Assembly: GCF_001194135.2 (NCBI RefSeq)
Contig: NC_068988.1
Location: 71,566,011 to 71,630,010, forward strand
Reading direction: 5' to 3'
DNA length: 64,000 nucleotides
Source of the DNA: Octopus bimaculoides
Taxonomy: Eukaryota
The position numbers were made by a program, and so were the translations under genes. Shown piece by piece: positions 1 through 13,935 of this stretch. A model generated the notes under the pieces. The model did no database searches. It had not been told where the DNA came from and saw only the letters and a list, made by a program, of their open reading frames with translations. Numbering within the stretch: the first letter of the stretch is position 1; every line of letters begins with the position of its first letter.

Positions 1-32
<32 letters not shown>
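1..32. repeat. (AT)n microsatellite
   Basis: Pure AT dinucleotide run at window start. Confidence 0.95.
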
Positions 33-35
<3 letters not shown>

Positions 36-39
36 TATG

Positions 40-990
40 AGATAATAGTAACACTGATCATCAAAGTAGTTTATCATGGAGCAATAGCCAGATTACTACC
101 GCTCACTTTGAATGGTATACGTTTGCAATGCAGGAAAAGCAGTAAAATGTGACAACCAATGCAGACTTTGTGGAGTTCACATTGAGGGTATCACCCACAT
201 CATAAGCAGTTCTCTGAAAATATCATCGTGGTATTATCTACCGATGAGACATGATGTTGTAGCCAGGACACTCTATAATGAAATCCATCGGAAGGATAAC
301 CCCGAGGACAAAGAAATAAGAACCCACAGTATGGTAGAAGTCATATCCACTCATAATAAAAAGAAATACTGGTGGTATGTACAATAGACCTGATATAATG
401 ATTTGCGACAGAGAAGAGAAACTGTGCACAGTTGTAGAAATTAGCTGCCCAACGGATGTTAACATAAAGCTGAAGTTCAATGAAAAAGAGAACACCTATG
501 ATGAACTATTGAGAAATATGCAGTTCCTCTATCCAGATTACATGTAAAGGTTTATACCTGTAATTATTGGGGCCTTGGTATATGTAACACGCTGCCTAAA
601 TACCAATCTTGAGAAATTAGGCTTCTCAAAACCAGAAAGGAGAAAGCTAATTCGAAGACTACATATCCAATCCATCACTGGAACTGTAAAACGTTCCGGA
701 AGTTTATTATTTAAATATATTTGAGTATGTCTAGATATGCAACTATATGCATGAGAATGCATACATTAAACATACAAATCTGCACATACATACATACATA
801 CATATATACATACATACAAATCTGCACATACATACATACATACATACATACATACATACTTACAAAAATACCCTGTTGTTGATGTTGAAATTCCAGTGAA
901 GGCGTCTTGGATCTAGGTTAGAAACCGATTCCTTCTCTATTGGCAAGAAATCTTGAAATAAACTGATTAATGACATACATACATATATAC
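40..990 (+). mobile_element. R4/Dong-like REL LINE, 3' fragment with (TACA)n-rich 3' UTR
   Basis: Frameshifted translation CRLCGVHIEGITHIISS..YYLPMRHDVVARTLYNEI (zinc knuckle), PDIMI..CTVVEISCP (REL endonuclease), FIPVIIGAL..LEKLGFS. The 3' UTR has (TACA)n, ~110 bp unique sequence, then ACAT repeats. A second copy lies at 13345-13935 (-). Confidence 0.85.
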
Positions 991-1039
991 ATATGGCGGT
1001 CTTCTATCATGAGTCTTTAGTTGGCGCTAGCATATAGAA

Positions 1040-1157
1040 GACACCCAGAGTACCTAGCCATGTCTGAATGTTGTGTGTGTATCATCACAACCAATGTTTG
1101 TGTGTTCATGATACTGGTGTTTCTCTGCATGATTAAAGCAAAAAAAAAAGAGAATAT
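1040..1157 (+). mobile_element. SINE 3' fragment (long (CA)n-containing SINE family)
   Basis: 1087-1157 is the reverse complement of 1631-1699 and matches the ACACCAG..GGTTGTCAAGCG module of copies at 36.8 and 40.3 kb. Confidence 0.6.
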
Positions 1158-1192
1158 ATATGTCTGGGAGTGTGTGTATGTGAATGTGTGTA

Positions 1193-1330
1193 CGAGGTCT
1201 GATCAATAAGTATCCGGACTGTTGGTATAGTAACGAAACTAAAGCACGTAGAGTGAAGCCGCTTGGCAAAGATTGAACTTGAATTCTGCTGTGCATGCGC
1301 ACTAAGTTTTAACGTTCCAGTTCACTTCCG
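1193..1330 (+). mobile_element. mariner-like left terminal fragment
   Basis: TA followed by CGAGGTCTGATCAATAAGTATCCGGACT, a typical mariner TIR start; no matching right end seen. End coordinate approximate. Confidence 0.55.
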
Positions 1331-1477
1331 CTATTTACGCGTATGTGTGTATTAATCAGGTTTAGAACTTGTTAGAATCTAAGTATTTCAATGTTCAGTA
1401 CGCCAGGGAAAGTGAAGTTCCACATGTACCAAATATATACAACACAATATACACGTGTAAACACGAAGATACACACA

Positions 1478-1870
<393 letters not shown>

Positions 1871-1989
1871 ACCCATCCAATCGAGACGTCATCCAGTCAG
1901 GACCCTTCCAGTCAGGCCTTATCCAGTCAGGAACTGAACTTTTAGAATCCAGACTGATCTATTGGAATATGTTGGGGGTAAGATTGTAA

Positions 1990-3155
1990 ATCAGCTGTGT
2001 ATAGGGAACGACATGAGGTATTTGAAGTATATTTGAATGCAAACTCAAAGCACTTTTACTGCACAATGGAAATCAGTATCCATGTCTGCTTATCGCATAC
2101 TCTGCACAGATGAAGGTGGCATATGAAAACGTCAAAAACTTTCTTCAGAAAGAAGACTATGCGGGTTATAATTTGGTTGTTTGTAGTGATTTTAAGGTGC
2201 TTGCTTTCTTGTTTCGATTACAGAATAGATACACAAAATAGTCGTGCTTTCTTTGACCGTGTAACTGCAAAGCTGATTATAAACCTAACCACGAAGTTGA
2301 GTGGCCCCTGCGAAGTGACATGCAGCCAAGAAAGAAAAATGGAATGAGAGGTTTTGTAGAGCCTGCCAATGTTTTGTTACCTCCATTTCCCATAAAACTG
2401 TGTTTTGTCAAGCAGTGTGAGAAGGCTTTATATCATGGTGGACTAGCCTTACATGAAATTCATTTACTCTTTCCTAAGATATTTCAGGCAAAAGTTAAGG
2501 TTGACATTTTTACCGGACCGCAAAGAAACAGTATGTTGAAATCAGAGGTACTTGAAAAGGTATCGTGTGATGTCGAAAGGGACATCATGTGCATATGTTG
2601 GCATTGTCTTAGTGGCTGGTGGCTTATTTCGAGCTTTAAGCAGTTGGTACCTTGTTGAGAGTATTAAGCAGCTGGTGGCTTTTTTGTGTTCACGTTCAGA
2701 CTTCTTTCATGAAAGCGTAGGGAAGTTAGTGAGCAACATAGTGAAAGATTTCATTTGGACATTACTGCAATGAAGAAGAAATACCAAGGAAGATGGGACA
2801 CTACCATGATGGGAGACTATATATGGTCACTTTCTCATTAAGATAAAGGAGCTCACAATAGGAAAACACGATCATTAATGCATTTGTGGTGTTATCTAAT
2901 CCTATGCCTATTTAAATTTTCTGTTCAGCTTAAGATGTAAAAAATGATTACAAAATGGTTCTTGATTGATATTATTGTGAATAAGGTAAATAAAGTACTA
3001 CACCAACTAAGTACGTTTTCCTACTAAAATAAAACCCTGATTATCTCTTAAAATATTGATGGTAGGCAAATCTAGGGGTATTAATTTGAAATCAGAAGAA
3101 AAACACCAAAGAACACTGAAAAACTTTAGAAAAACAAAATTGGTGTTACACAGCG
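1990..3155 (+). mobile_element. Chapaev3-like (CMC superfamily) DNA transposon, 5'-truncated relic
   Basis: Broken frames give LKALLLHNGNQYP..DFKVLAF..YTK, VLLPPFPIKL..FPKIFQAKVKVDIFTGPQ, EVSEQHSERFHLDI..KYQGRWDTTMMGDYIW. Ends TTACACAGCG (about ..CAGTG) followed by TA at 3155. Family name is from recalled Chapaev3 transposase motifs. Confidence 0.75.
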
Positions 3156-3574
3156 TAGTCGTATTTGTACATGACCAATTTTTCCCCCCGTTCTGTGGAC
3201 TTGCGGAATACTTGTTTTATTTTCTGAACCGTATGTTACGGCTGCCACAAACAAGGAGATATTTTAAAGGCAGTTTTATACTTGGATTCGCGTAATTCGT
3301 TCAAATTACCTCTTTTTGAGTGGAATGAATTTATGCATTATTAGGGCTCCCTTGTGAATTTCTTGCAGTGTGTTTACGTGTATTCTTCTGCCGTGGTTTG
3401 GTGAGTATCGTTTATACATTTTTTTGTTTTTCCGACAAAAATAGTGCCTCAAGCTTTCTGCATATATTTGCAAAACTGCTTCCAGTTTCTTTACAGGCTT
3501 CAGTATTTTCCATTTATATCGCAGTTTTTGCTGGTGGTGATGGATCTTGTATTTTGTCTTATTTGTCACTGTGG

Positions 3575-3583
3575 TTGTAGTCG

Positions 3584-3618
<35 letters not shown>

Positions 3619-3735
3619 CTTCTTCTTCTTCTTCTTCTTCTTCTTCTTCTTCTTCTTCTTCTTCTTCTCCTTCTTCTTCTTCTCCTTCTTCTTCTTCTCC
3701 TCCTCCTCCTCCTCCTCCTCCTCATTCTCCTTCTT
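3575..3735. repeat. (GTT)n-(CTT)n-(CCT)n compound trinucleotide microsatellite
   Basis: Direct reading; source of the poly-R/K/L/V ORFs. Confidence 0.95.
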
Positions 3736-4329
3736 GCTAGTAACTACAGTGGTGGTAGTATTGATTTCACGTTCTTTTTTCTTTGTGCCTGTTTTGTTGA
3801 TGTTGTTGTCATTCGAATCATTATTCATACATATTCTGCTTAGTGCAGCAGGGAGTGGTGGAAGACTATTTTTCTAATGGCTCTTCCAAATGCCATCCCC
3901 ACCCTCATTTTGAGAAACTGTATTGCATTAAAAAAAAAATGTATGCAATTGTGTCATTAAAAGCTACAGAATACACCCTCGAAGGGTCGGAAACTTCGCA
4001 AAGTTCATTAATCTCAGAGTATGCTGGATGGCTTAATAACAAAATAGTAAAGTAAAAGCCAAAACAAACATTTATTGAAGACTACAGTTCGATAACAATT
4101 ATCAGCTCGAAACCGAGGTTTTCGCTTCCCAAAACAAAAACACCCTCATCGACAACAAAATAACAACAACATCAACAACAGTATTAATTGTAATATTATA
4201 ATAATACATGGCCAATATTGGAAAGCTACTGAGGATGTATGTGGAAGAAAATCCTGAGCTTTGTAAAAAAAATGCAATTAAAAAAAGAAACAGAGAGCCT
4301 AATTGTAGTAGCTATGATCAGGGGATAAA

Positions 4330-5030
4330 AACAAACAATTAGAGAAGAAATATATATGGCGACAATGTGTCAGTAAAATGTAGAACCTGTGGAACTTGGA
4401 ACGAGACAGTGGCACACATTGTGAGAGAATACCATCAGTTGGCACTGGAAGTATATAAAAAAATGGAAGCACGACCAGGTTGTGAAACTTTGCCAGAAAT
4501 TTGGATTTGAAGCTGGAAACAATTACCGAGTCGAAAGTGTACTGGAGTACTGGAGAAATGTAAGATTTTCTGGGACTTTCGTATACAAACGGATGAGAAG
4601 TAAGAGAATCATAGACCGGACATAACAATTATAGATAAGGAAAAGCGAAGTTGCTTACTAATCGACCTGTCATGCCCGTTTAATTCTAGGATCGTAAAGA
4701 AAAAGGACAAAAAAAATACAATTTGCTATAAATTGAGATAGGAAGAATTTGGAGTATTAAAACTCCGTACCTGTAATAATTGGTGTGTCGAAGACACTAA
4801 ACAAAGATATAGACAAACGACTGAAGGAGATTGAAATAGAACACCCCGTAGAGCTCCAACGGAAAGCTGGGCTCTTAGGGACTGTCAGGATTATCAGAAG
4901 GGTTCTAAACACTTCAAAGACTATTGAAAGACTACTGAAAACATGTTGATACCTAAGATTACAGGTATTAATCCGCTACCCACGTAAATCCTACGAGGAA
5001 TATGACCGAACATGAGTCAAACCAAATAAT
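4330..5030 (+). mobile_element. R4/Dong-like LINE 3' end (zinc knuckle, REL endonuclease, 3' UTR)
   Basis: CRTCGTWNETVAHIV..HDQV, KIFWDFRIQTD..RPDITIIDKEK..LLIDLSCPF, PVIIGV..ELQRKAGLLGTVRIIRRVL, ending in an (AAT)n tail. Confidence 0.85.
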
Positions 5031-5052
5031 AAGGATAATAATAATAATAATG

Positions 5053-5132
<80 letters not shown>
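5027..5132. repeat. (AAT)n microsatellite
   Basis: Direct reading. Confidence 0.95.
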
Positions 5133-5134
<2 letters not shown>

Positions 5135-5423
5135 AGAAGAAAAAATGCTTTCTAATTGATGTTTCAATACCAGCAGATGACAACGTTTCTCTAACAGAAA
5201 TGGAGAAACTTTCAAAATACAAAGACCTGGAAATAGAGGTAATTCCAATGTGGAATCTAAAAACAGAAACAATTCCTATCATAGTAGGCGCATTAGGTAT
5301 GATAAAAAAATATTCAGACAAATACATAACAAAAACACCAGGACTTACAAGTATATACATCATACAGAAAATTGCACTACTGGGCACTGCACACATCCTA
5401 CGCAAAACACTTTCAATACATAG
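5133..5423 (+). mobile_element. short Dong-like REL-endonuclease tail fragment (copy 1)
   Basis: KKCFLIDVSIPADDNVSLTEMEKLSKYKDLEIEV..MWNLKTETIPIIVGALG..IQKIALLGTAHILRKTLSI; near-identical to 63650-63940. Confidence 0.9.
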
Positions 5424-5429
5424 CATAGT

Positions 5430-5615
5430 ATTGAAAAGCAGTCACGATGTCGGCATTTTGATACCTTGTACGAATAATCATAATAGTGTACCAAGCTGGC
5501 CAAAATCACTACAAAAGGAGGCACGATAATATGGCTAAGTCCGACCTGAACAGAGCACAGAAATGGTACGAATATGAACCAGAAGGAGTCACCGAAAATA
5601 AGGAATATAAGACAC
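5430..5615 (+). mobile_element. Dong-like zinc-knuckle fragment
   Basis: YKRRHDNMAK..KWYEYEPEGVTENKEYK, typical of the region between the R4/Dong knuckle and REL domain. Confidence 0.7.
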
Positions 5616-5619
5616 CAAT

Positions 5620-7445
5620 CTCTGCCCTCCTTTCTTGTTTACATACAATCTGGACACACAAGTCTTGGAGTGTAGTTCCTTGTTCATTGTCATTTATTTA
5701 CGTGTTCTCCGGTGTATCTTTTGTAAATCATGCTTCTTCCAAGATACTATTCCTGCCCCCTACCTCATCAAATCAACTGCCCAACCTGTTAATTGTTCTA
5801 ATCTTATTGTGGCCATTTAACTTCGATTTGAGCACAAGCCGAGTTCTTCTCAAATACTCATTCTTTTACATTTATTTCATATTGTGTTCATTCATCTTAT
5901 CTCTTTCAATGATAACCAGATACCTGTATCCTTCATCTCCGACTTCCTTTATATTTCACCACTTTCCAGCTTGATTCCATGGCTTTTACTGATTTTCCCA
6001 CTTTTGAAAATCATTACAACACATTTCTCGATACCCAAATTCCATGTCAATATGTTTGCTAATCATCTGCACACTTGCCGTCAAACTCTCAATTTCTCTC
6101 TAAGTTCTAGCGAATAGCTTTAGGTCATCCATATATCACACGTTGCTTACTTTCACCCTGTCTAGCACGTACCCCACACGCATCTTTCTTCAAACGCTTG
6201 TTAGTGATAGTATGCAGACAACAAATAGTAGAGGCGACAGACTGTTCCACTGAAAGATTCCTCTTTTCAATTTTACCTCTCCCAACTTATCTTCCCTTGC
6301 TGTGAGTTCAGTTCGTCACGTTGTCATTGAGTTTTGTATTAGCTTCATGATATTGCAGGAGACCTTAAGCAGTTTAAGGCATTCAATAATCCATGAGTGT
6401 GGGACCATGGCATATGCTTTCTTGTAGTCTACCCATATCATCGCCAAATGTTTGCAGTCAGCCAGAATAGTCTTATTGATCAGTAATTGATCCTTCGTTG
6501 CTCTGCTCTTACGTCTACACCCTTGTTGTTCCACTGGCAGTAGGTCGTTCTCATCTAGGTATTTATAGATGTTGTTTGATATGATGTCCGTCATTAGTTT
6601 CCACATCAGTGGCAAACAAGATATTGGTCAGCAATTTCCAACCGCATTCCCTTCGGTTGTGTCCTTCTGGCATAGTACCGTTCATCCATTTGTCACCACT
6701 CAGTATTTCGTCCATCTGTCTCGCAATTCTCCAGTGCAGAGCTGTCAGATTTTGAAGCCAAAAGCCCTGAACCCTCTCTGGGCTAGGCGTTTTCCAGTTA
6801 GGAATTTTCCTGCACTGATCTTTAATCGTCTCCTCGGTTATTCTCCAATTCTGCTGCTAGTACTCTCCACTCTCCACTTTGAGTGTCTTTAACCACTGTA
6901 CCTTTGTTTCGGGTATTTTCTCCTGAAATAATATGTTTGACCAAAATCTTTTACTTTCTTCAGCATTCGGCACGGCTTTTTCGTCTTTTTCTTTCCCATC
7001 CAGTTCCTGATAGACTCGTTTCTGATTTTGTTCGAAAAGTCTATTTAATATGTACTGCTTAATTCTCCATTCATATCTCTTTAGTTTCAACCTCTGTTTT
7101 AATTCCCTAATCACAACATTGGTTCCCTTTCTCTTCACCCCATACTTCCTCTCTAACTCGACATATTTCTCACTCTGAGCTTCTGTTTTTATCCCGTTCC
7201 ACAATATTTATATGTTTTCTGGTCTCGTTAATAGAGTGCGTTATACTCCTTTTCCATCGTGGTTCCTTCGGGTTATGTTGACATTTACCTTTGGTTTTCA
7301 AGCCTAACTTCCGAGATTGCATTTATTAGTTTGTTGGTGTATGTGGTATTGTCAGTCCTAATATCACTAATGATATCATTTATCTTCCTGACCCATTCAT
7401 TGAGTTTCTTTCTGTCTACGTTTTTGAACCTCGTTTAAAGCTCTG
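5620..7445 (-). mobile_element. R4/Dong-like LINE reverse transcriptase relic
   Basis: LNRLFEQNQKRVYQEL..ESKRFWSNI; [56 protein letters not shown]; KRGIFQ..LSPLLF; YMDDLKLF; LKSKLNGHNKI. Multiple stops and frameshifts. Confidence 0.9.
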
Positions 7446-7461
7446 TTCACCGGAGGTCCAA

Positions 7462-7521
<60 letters not shown>
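7462..7521. repeat. (TTA)n microsatellite
   Basis: Direct reading. Confidence 0.95.
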
Positions 7522-9126
7522 GGGGCCGTTGGTTTAACGGAATGGTTAATGTGTCGCATTAAATGCTTGTCAGTATCTATCCTGGTGCTTTATGTTACCA
7601 GCCAGAGTCAGTTTTGGTCTTCCATGTACAGAGATTAATGGAATCAACTTCCTCATACACGCAATATCGCTCGCCCTGTGCCAAAATCAGAAATCATTAT
7701 TACTATTGAATGTCGTCGTAGTGAGCGGACGTATTTTAGCACAAACTCAGTCTTTTATTTTTCTTCGTAGATCACTCAATGGAATATTTATTTGAAATAT
7801 TTAGCAAATACGATATGTTAACAGTGTGAGGATGGGTGCCACAATAACTGTGGTACATAAAAGGATTTATCTGTCCGAACATACTTCTTCAAATGTTTGG
7901 TTACATTTTCAAAGTTGCCACCAGACCAAAAAAAAAAAAAAAAAAAAAAAAAAGTGAGAGAGAGAGAAAGAAAAAAAGAAAAACCTAAAAGTGAAATTAT
8001 CACAAAAATGCACAAAATAAAATCACAGAGAAAAGCTATCTGCAAAGTGATTTCTAGACGATAAAAAATAATCACCTTTGACAGAGAGCAGAATTGTTTT
8101 AGACAGTTTTCATAACACATTTAACGATAATAAGAGCACTGATGCACAGACAAATAGATTGCAACAAAAAGTTGTTGACAATGGCAATAATGCTGGCAGA
8201 GTCAATTTCAGCATCATTGTTATCTAAAGAGAGAATTTAGATATGGCTAGGTTTCCAGACAAGAATGTTGTCTCCTCACACCCGATTCCATGTGAAACTG
8301 CTCGGCACTATCACTCAAGTAATTTATCCAAGGGAAGAGACTGTAAACTGCCATATCAGTGCTTTAAAATACACATTGTGGATATCCATTTGGCAGCAAG
8401 CGGTAGTTGGGGAAGATATATCGGAGGCGAAATTCTCTGTACTGAATATGCTCGAGTCCACTGGTCAGTCAGTTTAGCTTTTAGAACAAATATTGCAGCC
8501 CAAAAGAGGCAGAAATAGCTAGGCAGACATTCGCCCATAAACTTCTATTTAAAGCATAGAAATACAAAGTTAACGTCCGGTGGCATTATCAGCGACGTTG
8601 ACGCCTGTGTGGTGGTCATCTTTGCATTACAGAAACCGAATGTTTACAGCGCGTAGATGACGAAAAGTGAAATGTGATTAGGAAGGGAAAAAATGGTATT
8701 TTAACTTCTTATGTCATCTCAGTTTTACAGAACTATAACAGAACGGTACCTCATTATATAGAAGGTTAAGAGCAATGAGACTGGTAGTGCAAGGCGAACC
8801 ACTCTTCTTATACTTGTGCAAGTAAGATTCACTTGTAAGCTTTCAGCACCGAGAAGTTAGAAAAAGAAAGAATGAAATACTCAAACAAAGAAACAAAGAG
8901 GTTAGCAGTAGGGAAAACAACAACATTTCAAGGGTTGCATTTCCAATAATTACAAAGCTCCGTACAGGGTGTTAGCTCAGTGCCTTTCTGGATACCAGCG
9001 ACCAGATACTCAATTCTTTTACTGTAGCAACAAAGAAAGAGAATCATTCCGTCCTCCTTTAACAACGGCTAGATTGTGGCTGTAGAGGACTATCAAAAGT
9101 GGTAGTAAGTAAAACGCGGACTTACA

Positions 9127-9129
<3 letters not shown>

Positions 9130-9162
<33 letters not shown>

Positions 9163-9240
9163 GCGTGCGTGTGTGTGTGCGTGTGCGTGTGTGTGTGTGT
9201 GTATACATGTATGTATATATGTATATATATATAGAGAGAG
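9130..9240. repeat. (GT)n/(GC)/(AT)n compound microsatellite
   Basis: Direct reading. Confidence 0.9.
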
Positions 9241-9484
9241 AGAAAGTCAGTCAAACTTAAAAACGAGTAAAACGGAAGAAGACATCCGTCATCCAATGGA
9301 CTCTAAGGAGTTGGTCACCAACGGATTAGTGAGTGAAATCAGAAAATTACGAGAATTTCCCTGCAGCAAGTGTGTGAATCAGGTTTTTAGTTCAAAGGTC
9401 TTTCTTCCTTTCGTTCTACATAATTTAGTAGGCTTGAAATGGAATAGTTATAGGCTTGCTTTTTACAAAGTCACTAAGGCAGGG

Positions 9485-9521
<37 letters not shown>

Positions 9522-12500
9522 ATGACTGATAGAGAGCACGCGATGAATTCAATGCAAACAACAAAAACGCGATTTAATTCTTCGTTTGTAGCTGTTTTTT
9601 TCAAATTATCACTTTCCTGTGTTCTCCTGAATGACTGAACGAAACTGTGATCATAACAGGTTAGTGATAGGAAAATAATCAATAAATGCTAGAAAGGACA
9701 GAGATGCTAAACGCAGGATATGAGCAGGTATCTTGATTTGTAAATTGAGAAATATTCGTTTAATTTTTTAAAAGAAACTTAATTTTGATATTTGGAGAAA
9801 GGAAAAGCTATGTTGCTCTCACACACTATAACATTACTGAAGTAATAATTGAAATACACTCTTTTAAATCAAATAGCAAATTATTGCTGTAAACTTCGCG
9901 CGGTCGATTACATAAAATCTGAAGCAATCAAAAGTGCACGAATCAAAAATGAGGAGAGCCAAAGTGATATAATCAAAATAAAAGATATTTGACGGTGAAA
10001 TAATTACTTACTTATTAAAATAACTTGCACAAAAGATACTTCAATAAGTGATTCACTCATATATTCAATGATTAGAAAACTCATAAGCAGTATCATTTTA
10101 ACTTCGTCTCCTCTAAAAGCTGTGATACATATATCGTATTTTTGACGCTGGAATTAACTAAAGTTTTCGCGTGTAGCATAGGAAATTACATTGACGTGTA
10201 TAATTATTGAAATTCTACTGTTTCATAATAATATGCATTAAGTATTTTTTTTTCAGAGTTATTTTTTAGATCGATGGGATAAATTTCGTTTTCGTTGAAG
10301 TTACAAGATGACAGCATATGATCCATTCGATAGTATTGATTACATTAGAGAAAAGGTCTAATTTACTTAAGGCAAAGCAATTTCAAGTTATGACATTGTT
10401 TTTAAGTATTATCCCCTGATGTTTAGTCGTAAGATATCGGTACTCTGAATAAACAAAGTAATCATAGTTTAATTGCAGTCATTCTTAACTTCATGGATTA
10501 TAATGAATTGCACGAAACTAATAAGCGAAAGGCAGTAATAATTCTACGAAGAAAAAGGAATATTCAAAATTATTGCTTAAGCTTACTGTTGAATTTTTAT
10601 AATCTGTGTTCTATTAAAAGCTTTTAAACCATATTGCAGATGATCCCTATCCTGAATTAATAAACCGTGTGAATTCCAGAGATATAGTAGGTTTTTTTTC
10701 CTTGTTAGCTGAATGAAGTCTGTTCTTATTTAAAATCTACAAACTAACAAAATGTTCTTCAGTTACAAAATGTTGTCTTTGCATTTGATGCTGAAATTAC
10801 TTAGAGAACTTAGATAGGTTTGGCCAGTATAGGCCAGGCCATGTCTAACTTAATAGCACCACTTGGTGAAATCTTTCAGATCGTGATTCACACCTCAGCC
10901 ATATATGGGACACCATGGCCCACTCTAGCAAAGAGTTATTGATGGAGGCATATTCGAGTTTAGAAGGTTGGTCCGGGATTTTTTTTTTTTTTGAGAAATT
11001 TGTCCAGAAAACTTTTGAATGTTATGGGATCTGTTTCCGTTTTGTTGTATTTTGGCATAATATTAAAGAGAGCTGGATCGATTTGAGGTAAAGTAGTTGT
11101 GTCGTAGTGTTGTTATGTGTCTTGAGTTCGATTTTTGTAGTGGGCGGATAGCACGGGGGCCAAGTCTTAAGTGGATTTTATGCCGACATCATTTGTGCAA
11201 TATTGATGGAATATTTTCCACATCACACAAACGATGCAGAAAAATTACAAAGGATTATTATTGTGGTTGTTGTTTAGTCCGGATTCAACTCTGATCAAGC
11301 AAAGCTATATTAGAAAGTATTCCAACCGTAAAGACCCTTCCTTTTCATTTTGTGAAAGACTACACTTCTCAGTATGTGATTTATTTACTTAACATGGTAC
11401 GAAATATAGGCACCTATTTCAATGACGTCAAGCGTTTGATAAATTATATTTGTTTGATAAAAATTATATTTGTTTGATAAAAAGAAAACAAAAACAGTTC
11501 AATACCTGAATTCAAGAAACGAGAGAATTTTAAATATTTATTAGAATTGCAGAAAGGGTACAGTGAATTTTTATCAGATTGACACCTGCGTTTTGTACTT
11601 ATGATTTACACCAGTAAGAGTTTCTGGCAGAATCTAAGAATTGATTAACTCCATCTCTTCACTATTTATGCAGTTTGCTAACATTTCCGTGATAATATTC
11701 ATTATACATTTTGATTGCTAGATCAGAAGGCTAATATACGTGTCGAGTAAAATGTTTTACTGCCTACTTTTAAGTTCTGATTTCAAACTCTACTGAAGAT
11801 GTCCTTGATTATCAGCCAATAATATAATGTGCCAGTTAAGTACTGGTGACGATATAATCTATTATAGCCAGCTCAAAATATATGATCTTGGGTTTCTATT
11901 GGAAATCCATATTAATTTGTATCGATGTGGTTGAAATACATGACAAATATTGTAGCGGACAAAATGCAGTGCAGCATTTAGTTGGTATACTCTCTGAGTT
12001 CTAGAGCCTTCGAATTTAACATTGTTTTCCATTGGCAAAATATGCACCAGTTGGGTGCTGGAGTCAGCCTAATCGACTATACTCATCCACCATATTTAAA
12101 ATTTTGCAACCTTTTAAAATAATTATTATGTAGTGGATCTGCAGAAGCATCAATACGTCAAAGTGCATTATGGTATTTCGTTATTAGCTCTTTAATGTTC
12201 TAGTTCAGCTCCCATCGAGATCAACTCTAACTTTCATTGTCAGTAAAATTAAATACCTGGGAAGTGCTTGGGTCGATTTAATAGGCTAATCTCATCCCCC
12301 AGAATTTGAAATCTTGAGCCTAAGTTTAAAAACTTCGAGAAAGGAAACATGTCTACTGATCGCAACTTCTGGGAAATCACACTTAAAGCCACCTAATATG
12401 TAAATTCTATATTCTTGTCTTAAGCTCCAATCCTGCAAGTGTCGAGTGATACCTTTCTTTAAAGAACGTTGGCAAAAACGTTTCTATCATACTGGCTGAT

Positions 12501-12904
12501 TCGTTCTATCAGTTGCTTGTATGAAATAGTTATCTCAAGAATTTCACATGCGACTAAAACAAAATAAGTTTTGGAGAAATGAATGTCGTCAGTACAGATG
12601 TCATAAAACCTAGCGTATCCGAACTCTTAACTATAAAGTCATATGATTTCGTCAGCATAAAGTCATACGATTTCGTCACTCTAGACTGGTGCTTCATTTA
12701 TCAATCTCGGAATGATGAAAGGTAAATGTGACCTCGCTGATATTTATTTAAACGCAGGACACAAGCAACTGGAATAAATACTACAAGCTTTATCAGTTAT
12801 AAATAAAATGAGAAGTTGTTTGAGATATGTAGAATTAGTAGCGAGAAATTATAACTGAACTAAAATGTATGGTTTATAATGTGTTGCCACATTGAATCTT
12901 TTTA

Positions 12905-13250
12905 TCTCTGCAGTGCCATCATGAGCGGTATATCATTTACACAGTGTGAAGAATATACCACCAGCATTGTCAAAAGCATCTTAACAATAGATTTAGAATT
13001 CATTCAAGGCTGGGTCCACGTGCTACACAATTATGTCTCACAACAAATAATTCGCGCAACAATTTCTTTACCACAACAGGCCCTATTCTATTTCACATTC
13101 TCCCAAAAGAAATCAAAGAAGAAAAAGATTCCATCACATTCAAATGAAGCCTGGACAAATTTCTACAAGGAATACCAAATAAATCACCTATACATGGATG
13201 CAGCTCAATCAACAACCCCTACTTGAAAGTGACTTTAAAATTGCTCGATA
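12905..13250 (+). mobile_element. CR1-clade LINE 3' end relic
   Basis: Non-annotated frames read HHERYIIYTV..RFRIHSRLGPR and TTTGPILFHILPKEIKEEKDSITFK*SLDKFLQGIPNK, the CR1 C-terminal GPxLFNxLP / LDKFLxxIPD signature. Confidence 0.7.
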
Positions 13251-13344
13251 GATCTTATCAGGTAGTGCTATTAAGTTAGACATTAATCTTTGACAGAAAG
13301 ATATCTAAGTTATCTAAGTTATTATCTAAGTGTTATGTATGTAT

Positions 13345-13935
13345 GTTGCTGTTCAGTTTTATTTCAAGATTTCTTGCCAATAAAAAAAGAGCTAGTTTCT
13401 AACCTAAATTCAAGGAATTTCATTGGAATTTCAACATCAACAATAGAGTACTTTTTTTGTATGTATGTATGTATGTATGTATGTACGTATGTATGTATGT
13501 ATAATTCTACTTTCTGCTTTGGAAAAGCCTAATTTCTCAAGATTGCTATTTAGGCAGTGTGTTACATATACCAGGGCCCCAATGATTATAGGTATAAACC
13601 TGAACTTGTAATCTGGATAGAGTAACTGCAGATTTCTCAATAGTACAGCATAAACATTCTCGTTGTCACTGATCTTCAGATTTATGGTAACATCCGCTGG
13701 GCAGCTAGTTTCCACAACTGTGCACAGTTTCTCTTCTCAGTCCCAAATCATTATATCATGCCTGTTAAGCTTATACTTCATTGAGATCTTCTCAGGGACA
13801 TTCCACCAGTATTCCTTTTTAATACGAGTGGCTATGGCATCTACCATACTGTGGGTTCTTATTTCTTTTTCCTCGGGGTTATCTTTCCGACGGATTTCAT
13901 TATAGAGTGTCCTGGCTACATCATGTCTCATGTAT
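13345..13935 (-). mobile_element. R4/Dong-like REL LINE 3' fragment, same family as 40-990
   Basis: MRHDVARTLYNEIRRKDNPEEKEIRTHSMV..HDIMIWD..ETSCPADV..FIPIIIGAL..LEKLGFS; shares the GTTGATGTTGAAATTCC..GGCAAGAAATCTTGAAATAAA 3' UTR. Confidence 0.9.

Noticed and set aside
3160-3545. Coding-looking segment between the Chapaev end and the microsatellite
   Set aside because: Probably a TE fragment, but no diagnostic motif in any frame.
7600-12800. TE-poor AT-rich stretch as a regulatory or genic region
   Set aside because: No ORF, splice pattern or motif cluster I can support; conservation or ATAC data would be needed.
12879-13226. 115-aa ORF preceded by a TTTTTATCTCTGCAG acceptor-like site, as a host exon
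   Set aside because: Other frames carry CR1 C-terminal motifs, so it is TE-derived.
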